Positions 31,942 to 42,067 are shown, counted from the stretch's first letter. The stretch is 64,000 nucleotides of DNA from Phycisphaerae bacterium (GCA_012719955.1 JAAXZI010000161.1:6107-70106), one strand, 5' to 3'. Notes: generated by a model not told the origin, from the letters alone. Numbers and translations are program-made.

Positions 31942-32886
31942 ATGGTCTTTCGTCCCACGTCAAGACGGTTCGAGTGGGTAGCGGGCGCTTCGGCTTTCAC
32001 GCTGATGGAAGTTCTGGTTGTCGTAGGCATTATCGCGGTCCTGGTGGCGCTTCTGGCCCCTTCACTGGCCGCCGCTCGCCAGCAAAGTCGGGCCGTGGTC
32101 TGTGCCAACAATATCCGTCAGATTGGCGTGGGTTGGCATCTGTATGCCCAGCAATGGCAGGAGGTCGCCGTGGCCGGTCGGTTCCCCAAGATCGCCGGGT
32201 CTACCAATCTCTATTGGGTGGGAAACGGCTGGAAGTACCGCGCCCGCTGGTACGCGATGCTCGGTGCCCAGGTACGGTTGTTCGCTTTCTCCAAGCCCAG
32301 CCCCGACCCCGCCCTGGATAACACCCAGCCGGTGGACGGCGAGGTCTTCCTCGACCCGGAGGCGCCCGAGTACATTAACGCTCGCAACTATCCATATGGC
32401 TATAACTTCCAGTTCCTGGGCAACAGCCGGTCGCGGCTCGGGGCCGGCCCGACGGACTGGGTTCGCTGGCCGGTGAAGGTCGGCCAGATCAAGACCCCGG
32501 CACGCACCGTTATGGCCGCTGATTCGCTCGGCACCGCCGCCAGCACGCCCACCGCCGAGCGGTTGCCCTACGATCCGACCGGCACTTCCGCCAATACCCA
32601 TCCATCACGTGTCGTCAATCACGGATGGGCCCTCGATCCGCCCCGGCTGACGGCCACAGGCGACTTCTGCGATGACGGTCTCCGGGGTCAAGCCCGCTCC
32701 GCTCCGGACGAAAGGCACCGTGGCAAGGCCAACGTGATCTTCTGCGATACCCACGTCGAGCGCCTGCGCTCCAAGCAACTGGGCTACGTGGTGAACGACG
32801 ACGGCACGGTCCCCCTGACCGGGGCGGGGAGTAATTCTCTCTTTTCAGGTACCGGCCGCGACGATGACCCGCCGCCCATCCAATAG
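31942..32886 (+). CDS. Prepilin-type N-terminal / DUF1559-like protein with an H-X9-D(G) C-terminal motif
   Basis: AFTLMEVLVVVGIIAVLVALLAPSLAAAR...CANNIRQIG; C-terminal RHRGKANVIFCDTHV. Confidence 0.88.
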   Translation: MVFRPTSRRFEWVAGASAFTLMEVLVVVGIIAVLVALLAPSLAAARQQSRAVVCANNIRQIGVGWHLYAQQWQEVAVAGRFPKIAGSTNLYWVGNGWKYRARWYAMLGAQVRLFAFSKPSPDPALDNTQPVDGEVFLDPEAPEYINARNYPYGYNFQFLGNSRSRLGAGPTDWVRWPVKVGQIKTPARTVMAADSLGTAASTPTAERLPYDPTGTSANTHPSRVVNHGWALDPPRLTATGDFCDDGLRGQARSAPDERHRGKANVIFCDTHVERLRSKQLGYVVNDDGTVPLTGAGSNSLFSGTGRDDDPPPIQ

Positions 32887-33050
32887 ACGGCCTGCGTCCG
32901 GCTCAGCGACGCGTGCTGGCGCGATGCTGACCAGCCCGGCCCAACGTCCCTCTTGATCGCACCGGGAGTTGGAGGCGGATGCCTGTGGGAATGGAATATG
33001 TTTATTTTCGGTGATATTTGCAGGGCTTAGCCGGCCTCTGGAGCACCCCC

Positions 33051-33110
33051 TTTTGTTGCCACGAAAAAAAGATTTTGTTGCCACGAAAAAAAGACCGTTC
33101 TTTTCGTGGA
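33051..33110. promoter_or_regulatory. Perfect 22-bp tandem duplication TTTTGTTGCCACGAAAAAAAGA plus an inverted half-site
   Basis: 33051-72 equals 33073-94; ttttcgtgg at 33101-09 is the reverse complement of ccacgaaaa. Confidence 0.6.
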
Positions 33111-33373
33111 TGGATTGCCCCAGGCACTCCGCGTCACCCCGCCATAAACATATTGCCGCACCCCGACGACCAGTCCGGCCATGTTTGACGCCTTGCATGG
33201 CCCGTGGTACACATAAGCTTAGCCGGAGCCTACACTCCCCCGGCGGGACGAGTAGTGCTGTCCGGTGCCGCCTCTGGAGCTGTGGCACAGGCTTTCTGAG
33301 GCATGGGTTCCGACCCGTGCCGGCATGGGCAATGAGGCCTATGCGCGCTGACACTGCGATTGCGGAGTCCCTT

Positions 33374-35347
33374 GTGAAAACCTACATGCCCGCCATTCTC
33401 GTCCTGTTGATTCTCGGCCTGCTCGTGGGAGTGGGTTTCCTGACCGCTGATCTGTTGGTTTCTCCCGAAGCCGCCTTCAATCAGCAGGTGGACCAAAAGG
33501 TTGAGCGGGCCGAGCGCCTGCTGGCCCAATATGAGGGAGGTCAGCCGTTGCTGCTGGCCGCCCTTGAGCGGCTCTCGGCCGTACAGGCTGAATCAACCAC
33601 CCAGCCGGCCATCGAAGAACCGCTTCCGGATGATGCCGCCGGAGGTGAGAAGCCCAACCTGCTTCGCGAACAGCAGCAGGATCTCGACCGGCATCGCGAT
33701 GAGCTGCGGCAGAAGCTCGTCAACATGGGCGGAGATACGCAGACAGCTGCCGCCGAATTCGATTCCGAGGAGGATCTTCGGCGTCTGGTCCAGGCCAACG
33801 TGGACCTGCTCACGAAGGCCCTTGCGGCCACGCGCGAGGCCATCGGCACCAGCGAGGGCGAGTTCAGCGGTTCTTCGCATCCCGTCGCCACGCGGTTGGA
33901 AGCGATGCTGATTTACCACCAGGTCGATCTCCAGCGGCGGCAGGCGTCAATCCATCGGGCGCATTCCGATGTGCATCGTGGCGAATTCAACCAGGTGTTG
34001 TTGACCTGGCGCGAGGCGGATAACCGGGTCAAAGCCCTGCAGACTGAGCTGAACGGTACAACTGGCGCTCCCGCGGAAGGTGAAGCCGTCCCGTCCATGG
34101 ACGGGCGGATTGAGCAATTGCAGGCTAAAGCGCGCGAGACCGATACCCAGATTGCCGAAGCCCGCCAGGAGGTCGATCGCCTCTCGGCCGCGGTGGCGGA
34201 AGTGAAGGGGAAATTGGACCAGGCTCGCAGCCGGGCGGACGCCGCCACCAGACGCATGATGGAACTGGAGGATGCCGGCATCGATGCGTCCGATCCGGAT
34301 GCCATCAAGCGTTTCACCGAAGCGTACAACCAGGCCGCCCGGACGGAGCGCGAAGCCTCGCGCGAGGCTGACGCCCTGGAGTACGGCATCCTGCGGAACG
34401 CCCGCCCCGAGGCTCAGGAAGAGAACGAAATCCTCACGGCTCCGCTGGTTCCCGCCCAGGCCGGCCAGGAAATCACGCCCCAACTCGGGCTGGTGGCTTT
34501 GGAGGCGGACCTGAGAGCCGCCAAGGCCCTGCTGGAGACCCGCCAGGCGCTGCGCAAGCAGATCGACGCCCAGATCAAGGTTTTGGAAACCCGCCGGGAT
34601 CAGCTCAAGGCCGACCTGGCCAAGGCGGAAAGCTGGCGGGATTCGCTGGTCAAGGAAGCGACCGGGCGAGCCCAGGCGGCCATTGCCGAAGCGATTGCCG
34701 CCGAAAAGCTGGAGAACGAGGCCATCGCCAAGGTGACCGAGGAAGGGTTGCCGGCGGCCGAGCGGGCTGAGGGCGCTGCGAACCGGCGCGGCAGCGAGAT
34801 TCAGGACTTCCACCGCCAGCAGATGGCCGGTTCACCGGCTACGGGCTTTATGACCGGTTACGTTCAGACGGTTGCCGGTGACCTCGAACTGGAGCGGGCC
34901 CTGTTGTTGGCCCAGCAGGCTCAGTCGCTGAATCGCCACGAGCCCCTGCTGGCCGCGCTGGTGCAGATGGGCATCGATCCGGGCAAGCTGGCCGTGGTCC
35001 AGGCCGGCGAGGACTCCTCGGCTGAGGCCGCCGCGATGCCGGCCGGCACTCCGACGACCCAGCCCCAAGGCATCGCCGAAGCCGCCAATGCCGCTCGCAC
35101 CCAGGCTCTGGAGGCGGCCAAGGCGGCCCTGAAACACTACGAGGACGCAAGCGGTCAGTTGAATCGGCTGTGGCTGGTACACACGCAAATGGCGGCTGTT
35201 CATTACCTGATGGCCAGCCTGACTACCGGCGATGAGGCCCAGAAGCACCGGGCGAATGCGGCCAGAGAGTACCAACTGGCCACCCGTGACCGGCCCGACC
35301 GGCCGGAGAGCAAGGCGTATCGGTTTGTCACCGAAGCCCCGCGCTAA
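33374..35347 (+). CDS. Membrane-anchored long coiled-coil protein of unknown function
   Basis: GGAG RBS before GTG 33374; N-terminal TM (ILVLLILGLLVGVGFL) followed by Ala/Glu/Gln-rich heptads. Confidence 0.8.
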   Translation: MKTYMPAILVLLILGLLVGVGFLTADLLVSPEAAFNQQVDQKVERAERLLAQYEGGQPLLLAALERLSAVQAESTTQPAIEEPLPDDAAGGEKPNLLREQQQDLDRHRDELRQKLVNMGGDTQTAAAEFDSEEDLRRLVQANVDLLTKALAATREAIGTSEGEFSGSSHPVATRLEAMLIYHQVDLQRRQASIHRAHSDVHRGEFNQVLLTWREADNRVKALQTELNGTTGAPAEGEAVPSMDGRIEQLQAKARETDTQIAEARQEVDRLSAAVAEVKGKLDQARSRADAATRRMMELEDAGIDASDPDAIKRFTEAYNQAARTEREASREADALEYGILRNARPEAQEENEILTAPLVPAQAGQEITPQLGLVALEADLRAAKALLETRQALRKQIDAQIKVLETRRDQLKADLAKAESWRDSLVKEATGRAQAAIAEAIAAEKLENEAIAKVTEEGLPAAERAEGAANRRGSEIQDFHRQQMAGSPATGFMTGYVQTVAGDLELERALLLAQQAQSLNRHEPLLAALVQMGIDPGKLAVVQAGEDSSAEAAAMPAGTPTTQPQGIAEAANAARTQALEAAKAALKHYEDASGQLNRLWLVHTQMAAVHYLMASLTTGDEAQKHRANAAREYQLATRDRPDRPESKAYRFVTEAPR

Positions 35348-35532
35348 ACAGATTGAAACAGTCCGGGGCGGCGAGCACGTATAGGGTTCGCCACTTGGGT
35401 GCAGGCGCCTGGCCGGTGTAGTGGCGCGGGCGCATCATCACTTTCTCGGCAGAGGCTGGTTCTCGCATTCCGCTCACAGAGCAGTGTACACGCCCTGCCA
35501 GGAGAGGCTCTTACTTGCAGCAGGACAGATCC

Positions 35533-36180
35533 ATGATGCTCGGCGAATCCCAGGAGGAGTTTCTTAAACGCGTTCGCACGGCCCTTTCTGACCGGGGTGC
35601 CCCCGTTGATCTGCCTGAGGAACACGAGATAGCTCGCATTATCGACTCCGGCCGGGACATCGTCAGCGAGTTTGCCCAGCGCGCCGAGCAGGCCAAGATG
35701 ACGACCTGTCGGGTCCAGGATGAGGACGCTCTGCTGGACAAAATCGCCGAAATTGCCCGTCAGCTCGGGGCCACCAGCGCGGTGGTTCCCGACGACGGCC
35801 TGCCCGCCCGCGATCGTATCGTGGCTCGCCTCGAACAGGAAAACCTGCGCGTGCTGGATGCCGATGATCGCGAAGCCGCTTTTAGCGCCGATCTGGGCAT
35901 CACCGGGGTCACGTCTGCGATTGCGGAGACCGCTTCTCTGTGCCTGACCAGCGGCGGCGGGCGTCGCCGTCTGGCCAGCCTGGCTGTGCCCGTACACATC
36001 GCGGTCGTACGCGCCGAACAGATCGTGCCCGACCTGCTGGACTGGGCCGCCCAACAGACTGCAGAGCCGCCGGCCAATCAGACACTCGTGTCCGCTCCCA
36101 GCAAGACGGCCGATATCGAACTGGCCCTGGTGATGGGCGTTCACGGTCCCAAACAGGAATACGTCATCATTCTTGGTTGA
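35533..36180 (+). CDS. LUD domain protein (LutC/YkgG family)
   Basis: ADLGITG...AIAETASL, GRRRLASL.VPVHIAVV and SAPSKTADIE..LVMGVHGP motifs. Confidence 0.92.
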   Translation: MMLGESQEEFLKRVRTALSDRGAPVDLPEEHEIARIIDSGRDIVSEFAQRAEQAKMTTCRVQDEDALLDKIAEIARQLGATSAVVPDDGLPARDRIVARLEQENLRVLDADDREAAFSADLGITGVTSAIAETASLCLTSGGGRRRLASLAVPVHIAVVRAEQIVPDLLDWAAQQTAEPPANQTLVSAPSKTADIELALVMGVHGPKQEYVIILG

Positions 36181-36478
36181 TGTTGGATCGTGGCCGGGAG
36201 GCAAGCTCGACTCCGGGGCCGCATGCTCCCATCATGTTCAGTATTGACAGGCGGTTACACACCTCCTGGAGTTGGCCGTCCTGCCTTCGCGCGCACTTTA
36301 TCGGTCGAGACTTGGTTCGAGACTCGTCAGTTTGCTTTTGACCCTTGCCCCCGCGCTCACTAGGATGGTGGAACTGTGACCGAGGTCGCGACGCCTCCGA
36401 CGACAGGTCTTCGGCTTGTCTTTCAGCGCAAACGCCTCGTTCGAATCTTTCACAATTCCTCTTTCTTGAGGTGTCGGC

Positions 36479-37621
36479 ATGAAACGTCTTTGCAAGACAT
36501 TGTCTTTACTATCTGGCCTGACCCTGGCGGCTGCGCCGGCCTGGGCCCAGACCACTGCCCCGGCCACCACACGCCCGGTCCTGCGGCTTGGGCAGGGCTC
36601 AGTCGCCACGCGCCCGGCTTCCGACGAGGTGGCTTTTACTCTCAACGGCAAGAAGTTCACTGAAGGCGATCTGGAGAAGACCTTCCGCCAGCTCATGGGC
36701 GGTGGTCAGTTGCAGATGGATGAGAGCCAGATGGCCCGGCTGATGCAGGCCTCCCGGCGGCAGCTCATCGACGCGATGATCCGCGATGAGTTGCTTCGCG
36801 GGGAAGCCGAGAAACACAAGATCTCAGTCACCGATGCCGACCTGGAAGCGAACGCGGAGAAGCTCCTGCAACGGACCCTCAAAGAACGTTCAATGAGTCG
36901 CGAGCAGCTCGACCAGGAGATAAAGCGGCAAGGCAACATCACGCTTGATGAGCAGATGAAGCGCATCAAGGAAGATCCCCGCTTCTACAAGCACGTGCTG
37001 CAGGAGAAGCTTGGGCAGGCGATGTTCAAGAATCTCGAAGTCAGCGAAGAGGAAATCCAGAAGCGGCATCAGCAGGACCGCAGATACGCGGCCCAGGTTC
37101 AGGCCAGCCATATCCTGATCCGGGCGGATGCAAGTGAAGCTCCGGAGAAGCGTGAAGAGGCCCGCAAGAAGGCGGAGGAAGTGCTGGCCGAGGTCAAGAA
37201 GCCGGGCGCGGATTTCGCCGAGTTGGCCAGGAAATATTCTGACTGCCCCTCTAAGAGTCGGGGCGGCGATCTGGGCTTCTTCCCCCGGCAGGGCGCCATG
37301 GTGGAGCCGTTTGCCGCGGCCGCTTTTGCCCTGAAGCCCGGAGAGGTCAGCGGCGTGGTGGAAACCAACTTCGGTTATCACATCATCAAGACCACCGACA
37401 CCCGGCCGGCCAAGGACCTCGACGCGGTTCGCGAAGAAATCAAAGACGAAGTGCGGGCCAGCAAGGTGCAGTTCGAGTTGCAGAAGCGACTCCAGGAACT
37501 TCGGGCCGAGGCCAAGGTGGAGTACCCGCCGGGCAAGGAGCCCGCGACGCAGCCGGCGCTCGGGCGTTCCCGGCCCCCTGCTCCCACGGGCGGACGGGCC
37601 GCCACCCAGCCGGTATCGTGA
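36479..37621 (+). CDS. Exported parvulin-type peptidyl-prolyl isomerase (PrsA/SurA-like)
   Basis: Signal peptide; QASHILI, FAELARKYSDCPSKSRGGDLGFF and ETNFGYHII motifs. Confidence 0.93.
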   Translation: MKRLCKTLSLLSGLTLAAAPAWAQTTAPATTRPVLRLGQGSVATRPASDEVAFTLNGKKFTEGDLEKTFRQLMGGGQLQMDESQMARLMQASRRQLIDAMIRDELLRGEAEKHKISVTDADLEANAEKLLQRTLKERSMSREQLDQEIKRQGNITLDEQMKRIKEDPRFYKHVLQEKLGQAMFKNLEVSEEEIQKRHQQDRRYAAQVQASHILIRADASEAPEKREEARKKAEEVLAEVKKPGADFAELARKYSDCPSKSRGGDLGFFPRQGAMVEPFAAAAFALKPGEVSGVVETNFGYHIIKTTDTRPAKDLDAVREEIKDEVRASKVQFELQKRLQELRAEAKVEYPPGKEPATQPALGRSRPPAPTGGRAATQPVS

Positions 37622-37656
37622 GGCTTACGGAAAGAGGCACAGAGAAACGGTGAGAC

Positions 37657-37689
37657 AAAAAGGCCGCGGGCGAATAACCGCGGCCTTTT
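37657..37689. terminator. Bidirectional intrinsic terminator
   Basis: AAAAAGGCCGCGG-gcgaataa-CCGCGGCCTTTT between the convergent PPIase and cvpA-like genes. Confidence 0.75.
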
Positions 37690-37710
37690 CCCTGCGCGCC
37701 GGGCTTGGTT

Positions 37711-38056
37711 CATACGGTTTCCGTTACAAACCTGGGTAGATTCCTGCCCGGTTGTTGGTCGCCGCGCTGCTGATCGCTTGAATCTTCGCGCCCCCACCTC
37801 TGATGACGTTTGATTCTCTAAGCGGGCAATGGCGGGCCGGGTGGCCTACCTCTTCCAGAGGTGGGCCACCCGGCCCAAATGAATCGTGTGCGTTGTTCCG
37901 CATCCAACAGGGCGGGGCTCATCAATGCACGAGTTTGAATTGGGATCGGTATGAGTGGGCTTGGCCGGCCCGCGCTTGCGCTTCGGGCGCAGAATGGGGG
38001 CTGCTTGAGCCCAGGTGGGGCGCCCAACGCACAGGATTCATTGGGGATCCGTATTA
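37711..38056 (+). mobile_element. Family A MITE-like copy 2, with a ~210-bp nested insert containing family B
   Basis: The left part 37711-37803 and the right part 38013-38056 match copies 1 and 3; the insert begins with a family B copy (37804-37865). Confidence 0.75.
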
Positions 38057-39895
38057 CTCGGCGACCAGGTTGAACTTTTCGAGATTGACATCCGTCCGGC
38101 CGGTGTAGATCTTCGTGGCCCGGGTCCCGACTTTCACCTGGTAGACGAAATAGAGAGCGTAGTCGCCCGTGAAATCCTGCCGCTTGATCCGCTCGAAGTG
38201 GGGCAGCTTGGCGAATACGTCGTCGCCCTGGCGAGCGGTCTCGTCCAGCAGAACCATCTCAAAGGTGGGTCTGCCGCCGACGCGGGCCAGGCCGTACATG
38301 CCCACTGGCAGGTAGGCGGTGCCGCGGGCATCATAGAGCTTGTAATCGGCGATGTTATCGCGAGCAAACCCCATGGCTTGCCCCAGCACGCTGCCCGGTT
38401 GGAGCTTCTCCAGGTTGACCTGGATCAGGCGCATGTCGGACGGCACATAAATGCTCTCGACGGGGGAACTGTTGCCCGGGACCGGCTGCCAGTCATCCGT
38501 GAGGGTGGCCAGCAGGCGGCCGCCTCTGATGGCGCCGTTGGAGACTTCCGCGTTGCCCCCGTACTGGGTAAGCGGCGTCTCGAACGGCAGCTTGTCGGAT
38601 ACGAGGGCTTCCCGTGCCGGGCCGATGCCGGAGACGCGGTCATGATTGGAGGTGCTGCGGTTTGAAGGACCGGAGGGGCGCCGGCTGGCTCCTCCCGATT
38701 GCGGCGCCGGCTGACGCGGCGCGGGGGATGGTTCGGCCGCGCTGCCGTTGGCCGGGGCCTTGGCGCCCGGGGCTCCCAGGGCGACCGGTCGCTTTTTGTT
38801 GCGGTCCATGCGGGGGGTGATTTCCGCGCGGGCATTCTGCTTCAGTTCGACGAAGCTGCCCTCACCAAACTCAGCGTTCTCCGGCACCTCGAAGACGAAG
38901 TCGAGCTTGTTGTCCTTGCCGCCCGGGCTGCGGCTGATGATTTCCCCGGCCCAGGTCTGCACCAGCTTGTTGCCGGCCTTCGCATCATTGATGCCGACGA
39001 GGAAGTACTCGCCGGACTCGCCCCGCTGCTCGTCCCGGATCACCAGGCGCACCTGCTCGGGGGTGAACTTGAGCGAATCGGCATTCGAGAAGGCCACGCG
39101 GACCGCCAGTCGCTTGTGCCCCGGCTTGGGTTGGTTCTTGCTGGCCACCAGAGAGAGCTTCTTGGGGTCTTCTTTGCTGGAGCTTTCGCGGGTGAAGAAT
39201 TCGTTCTGCCGGATATCCCAGTAGCCGTCCACGTTCATTTCGGACGTGGTGGTCGTGGACATCTCGTCGCCCATGCGGGCCCGCGAGCGGTAGGCCTGGG
39301 CCATGAAGTCCGGATAGAAGTCGCCCAGGCGGTTTCGGCCGTGCAGGGCGTTGCCGGAGAGGTGCGAGACCAGCGCTACCGTGAATTCATCCTGCCGCAG
39401 CCAGGGGCTGCTGCGAATGTATTCCAGTTGGGCGGGGTCCTTCTGAGGCAATTCGGCATCGGGGATCGGCTGGTTCGTGCCCTTTTCCACCAGCGGCATG
39501 CGGGCAAAGCTCAGGATCGTGGTGCCAAACGGCAGCATCTCGAAACCGATGGAGAGCATGCCCACCACGATCATGCCGGTAATGAACCCGAGCACGCCTC
39601 CGCCGGCGCGATCCACATAGAGGGGGAATTGCAGGTTGCCCTTGATGAGGACGTCCAGGAACGTGCGCAGCACCAGCAGCGAGACGATGAAGATGCCCAG
39701 CAAGGCAATCGCCCGGCCGTGGTCGGGCTGATACTCCTTGAGGAGGGCGAAGTAGAGATCCTCGTAGAGGCCAAACGCCAGCGCGGCGGCCAGGATGGCC
39801 AGGATGCAGTTGATCAGGGCGGTAAACAGCCCCTGCAGCCCTTCATAGAAGGCGACGGCCAGGATCAGGACGGCGGCGAAGAGAGAAAACCACAT
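38054..39895 (-). CDS. CvpA family membrane protein with a long extracytoplasmic C-terminal region
   Basis: N-terminal CvpA TM pattern (EGLQGLFTAL, AALAFGLYE, DRAGGGVLGFITG) followed by ~480 aa of soluble sequence. Confidence 0.8.
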   Translation of the reverse strand: MWFSLFAAVLILAVAFYEGLQGLFTALINCILAILAAALAFGLYEDLYFALLKEYQPDHGRAIALLGIFIVSLLVLRTFLDVLIKGNLQFPLYVDRAGGGVLGFITGMIVVGMLSIGFEMLPFGTTILSFARMPLVEKGTNQPIPDAELPQKDPAQLEYIRSSPWLRQDEFTVALVSHLSGNALHGRNRLGDFYPDFMAQAYRSRARMGDEMSTTTTSEMNVDGYWDIRQNEFFTRESSSKEDPKKLSLVASKNQPKPGHKRLAVRVAFSNADSLKFTPEQVRLVIRDEQRGESGEYFLVGINDAKAGNKLVQTWAGEIISRSPGGKDNKLDFVFEVPENAEFGEGSFVELKQNARAEITPRMDRNKKRPVALGAPGAKAPANGSAAEPSPAPRQPAPQSGGASRRPSGPSNRSTSNHDRVSGIGPAREALVSDKLPFETPLTQYGGNAEVSNGAIRGGRLLATLTDDWQPVPGNSSPVESIYVPSDMRLIQVNLEKLQPGSVLGQAMGFARDNIADYKLYDARGTAYLPVGMYGLARVGGRPTFEMVLLDETARQGDDVFAKLPHFERIKRQDFTGDYALYFVYQVKVGTRATKIYTGRTDVNLEKFNLVAE

Positions 39896-39897
39896 GT

Positions 39898-41745
39898 TTA
39901 TTGACCCCCTTTCTTCGGGGCAGCGCCCTGGCTTGGAGCCGGACCAGGTCGGTGGGGTGGCCGGCCGGCGCCTCCTCCACGGCTCGGGGGCGCGTCTTCA
40001 TCGCGCATGACCCGAAGCACCTCATTCATGCTGGTGACGCCGCTGATGACTTTCTGGATGCCCACCTCCTGGAGGAAGAGCATGCTGTTGCTGCGCGCCT
40101 GGGCGCGGATATTGTTGATGGGTTGCCCGTTACGGATCATGTCGCGCATGGTGTCGTCCACCACGAGCAGTTCGAACACGCCGGTCCGTCCGAAGTAGCC
40201 GCTGGCCTGGCAGTTGGCACAGGGCGGCAACGGGTTGCCCTTGGCGTCAAACAGTCCCTCCGGCGGCGGTGGACGGTAAAAGTGATCGATCTTGTCGGCC
40301 GGCAAGTTGGCTTTCTTGAGCAGGGCGACGTCGGGTTTGTAGGCCTGCCGGCAGGCGATGCACAGTTTGCGAATGAGCCGCTGGCAGGATACGCCCAGTA
40401 GCACCGAGGCCACGCCGTCGGTGTCGCCGGCCAGGCTGATCAGTTTCTTGAGGGCCTCGAAGCTGTCCTTGGCCTGGATGGCCATGTAGATCTTCTTGCC
40501 GTCCTGGGCGGCCTTGACGGCCAGATGCGCGGTCTCGCGATCGGGGCAGTCGCTGATCATGACCACGTCCGGCTCGCGCCGCAGGATGGTCTGAAGCTGC
40601 CGCGAGTAGGGGGCGTCAGCCTTGGTGGGATCGAAGATGTTCTGGGTGATGTTTTCGAGCTCCATGAGCGGGGAGCGTTCGATGGTCAGCAGGTTCTGCA
40701 TGAAGGCATCGTGGGCGCGAAGCGCGGCGTAGAGCGTCGTGGTTATGCCGCTGACCCTCGGCCCGCTGACGATGATCAGCCCGGAGGGCTTCGCGCAGAT
40801 TTCCTCGAACTGCTTCTGCTGGGCCTCGGTCATACCCAGGTCGGCGATGCGGAGCCGGTTTTCGTCGCCGACGATCTTCAAGTTCAGACGCTCGCCCTGG
40901 GTGGTGCCGCTGGTGGCGACTTTAATGGCGGTCATGTTTGCCTTGGTGCCGCTGATAGCCGCGCTGAACGAGCCCTGCTGGGGCTTGCGCCGTTCGTTGA
41001 CGTCCACGCCGGCAACGCCCTTGAGGAAGTTGAGGGCCAGTTCGGCGTTTTCCCGGGGGATCAGATCGTGCCGGGGTGTGGGCACGCCGTCGACCAGGTA
41101 TACGAGCTTGACCGCGTTGGGCGAGACGACCATCTCCACCTCGGTGGCCCGGCGCCAGAGGGCGTCGAAGAGCAGCGTCTGCGCGGCCTCGTAGGGGTCC
41201 ACCTGAGTCGGGTCGGTTGGAACGGTCACTTTCTTGTTATCGTGGGCGGTCAGCCGGACGCGTTCGACGGCGTCGTAGCCCTCATCTTTCTTCCGGCCCA
41301 TGCCGGCGAGCTTGGATTTAATGTGCCGGGGCGTAAACACCCGGGCGTTCACATCCACCATCCCATTTCGCATGATCACGTAGATCGCGCAGGTGCCCGC
41401 AGTGATGAGGAACCACAGGCCGAAGCCGGCGGCGAACAGGCCGGGGGTCTTCCAGGGCAGCATGAGCCAGACCACTAATCCGACCGCGCCACCGCCCAGC
41501 ACGACGCCGTTCCACAGCTCGCGGTTCATCCGCTTGACGAAGACGGTGTCTTTGTCCACCCATTGGCAGAACGCCAGCCAGGGGAGTATGGCCACCAGGA
41601 TCAGGGCGATTCGCACAGGGCTGGTGTAGCCGCCGGGCGGAGGCAACTCTGCCAGAGGGGCACCCACCGCCAGGGACGCATTCAGGAGGCCCGATCCCAG
41701 GATCAGAGCGCCCCAGCGGGCCGTTTGGGAAGGGAAGAGATTCAT
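39898..41745 (-). CDS. Membrane-anchored PilB/GspE-like protein with degenerate ATPase motifs
   Basis: Retains ERRKPQQG, LRREPDV, QRLIRKLCIAC, CANCQASGYFGRTGVFELL; Walker A reads SGPRVSGITTT; N-terminal TM helices. Confidence 0.85.
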   Translation of the reverse strand: MNLFPSQTARWGALILGSGLLNASLAVGAPLAELPPPGGYTSPVRIALILVAILPWLAFCQWVDKDTVFVKRMNRELWNGVVLGGGAVGLVVWLMLPWKTPGLFAAGFGLWFLITAGTCAIYVIMRNGMVDVNARVFTPRHIKSKLAGMGRKKDEGYDAVERVRLTAHDNKKVTVPTDPTQVDPYEAAQTLLFDALWRRATEVEMVVSPNAVKLVYLVDGVPTPRHDLIPRENAELALNFLKGVAGVDVNERRKPQQGSFSAAISGTKANMTAIKVATSGTTQGERLNLKIVGDENRLRIADLGMTEAQQKQFEEICAKPSGLIIVSGPRVSGITTTLYAALRAHDAFMQNLLTIERSPLMELENITQNIFDPTKADAPYSRQLQTILRREPDVVMISDCPDRETAHLAVKAAQDGKKIYMAIQAKDSFEALKKLISLAGDTDGVASVLLGVSCQRLIRKLCIACRQAYKPDVALLKKANLPADKIDHFYRPPPPEGLFDAKGNPLPPCANCQASGYFGRTGVFELLVVDDTMRDMIRNGQPINNIRAQARSNSMLFLQEVGIQKVISGVTSMNEVLRVMRDEDAPPSRGGGAGRPPHRPGPAPSQGAAPKKGGQ

Positions 41746-42067
41746 GGCAAGTATCGCTCAGCACGAAACATAACACTGTCTTCAGGACCGCCCATCGGTC
41801 GGGAGCAGCTTCTTCATCATAACCGCAACCGCCCGGTGTGAGTAGGGCGGCGGGGCGGCCTGAGACCCGATGGGGTCCATACCGGTTGAGGGGGCCGGCC
41901 GGGTCCTCCCCGGCCTTTGCGCCCAAAGCGACTCCGAGCCAGTCCGTACCCTTCTTGCCTGATGGCAAGCACATCAGGACTGGTTGAGCCGCGCCATGCG
42001 TGTTCGGTTTTCTCACCCCTGCCTGTGGTACCCGTTTTGACCGGATTTCCTGCCCATTCCGGCTCTC

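Noticed and set aside
36300-36425. GGTTCGA and a small hairpin suggesting a tRNA or ncRNA
   Set aside because: No cloverleaf, acceptor stem or CCA could be built.
39898-41745. PilB-like gene as a pseudogene
   Set aside because: The ORF is intact, structural motifs are kept, and only catalytic residues are changed, which fits a pseudoenzyme better.
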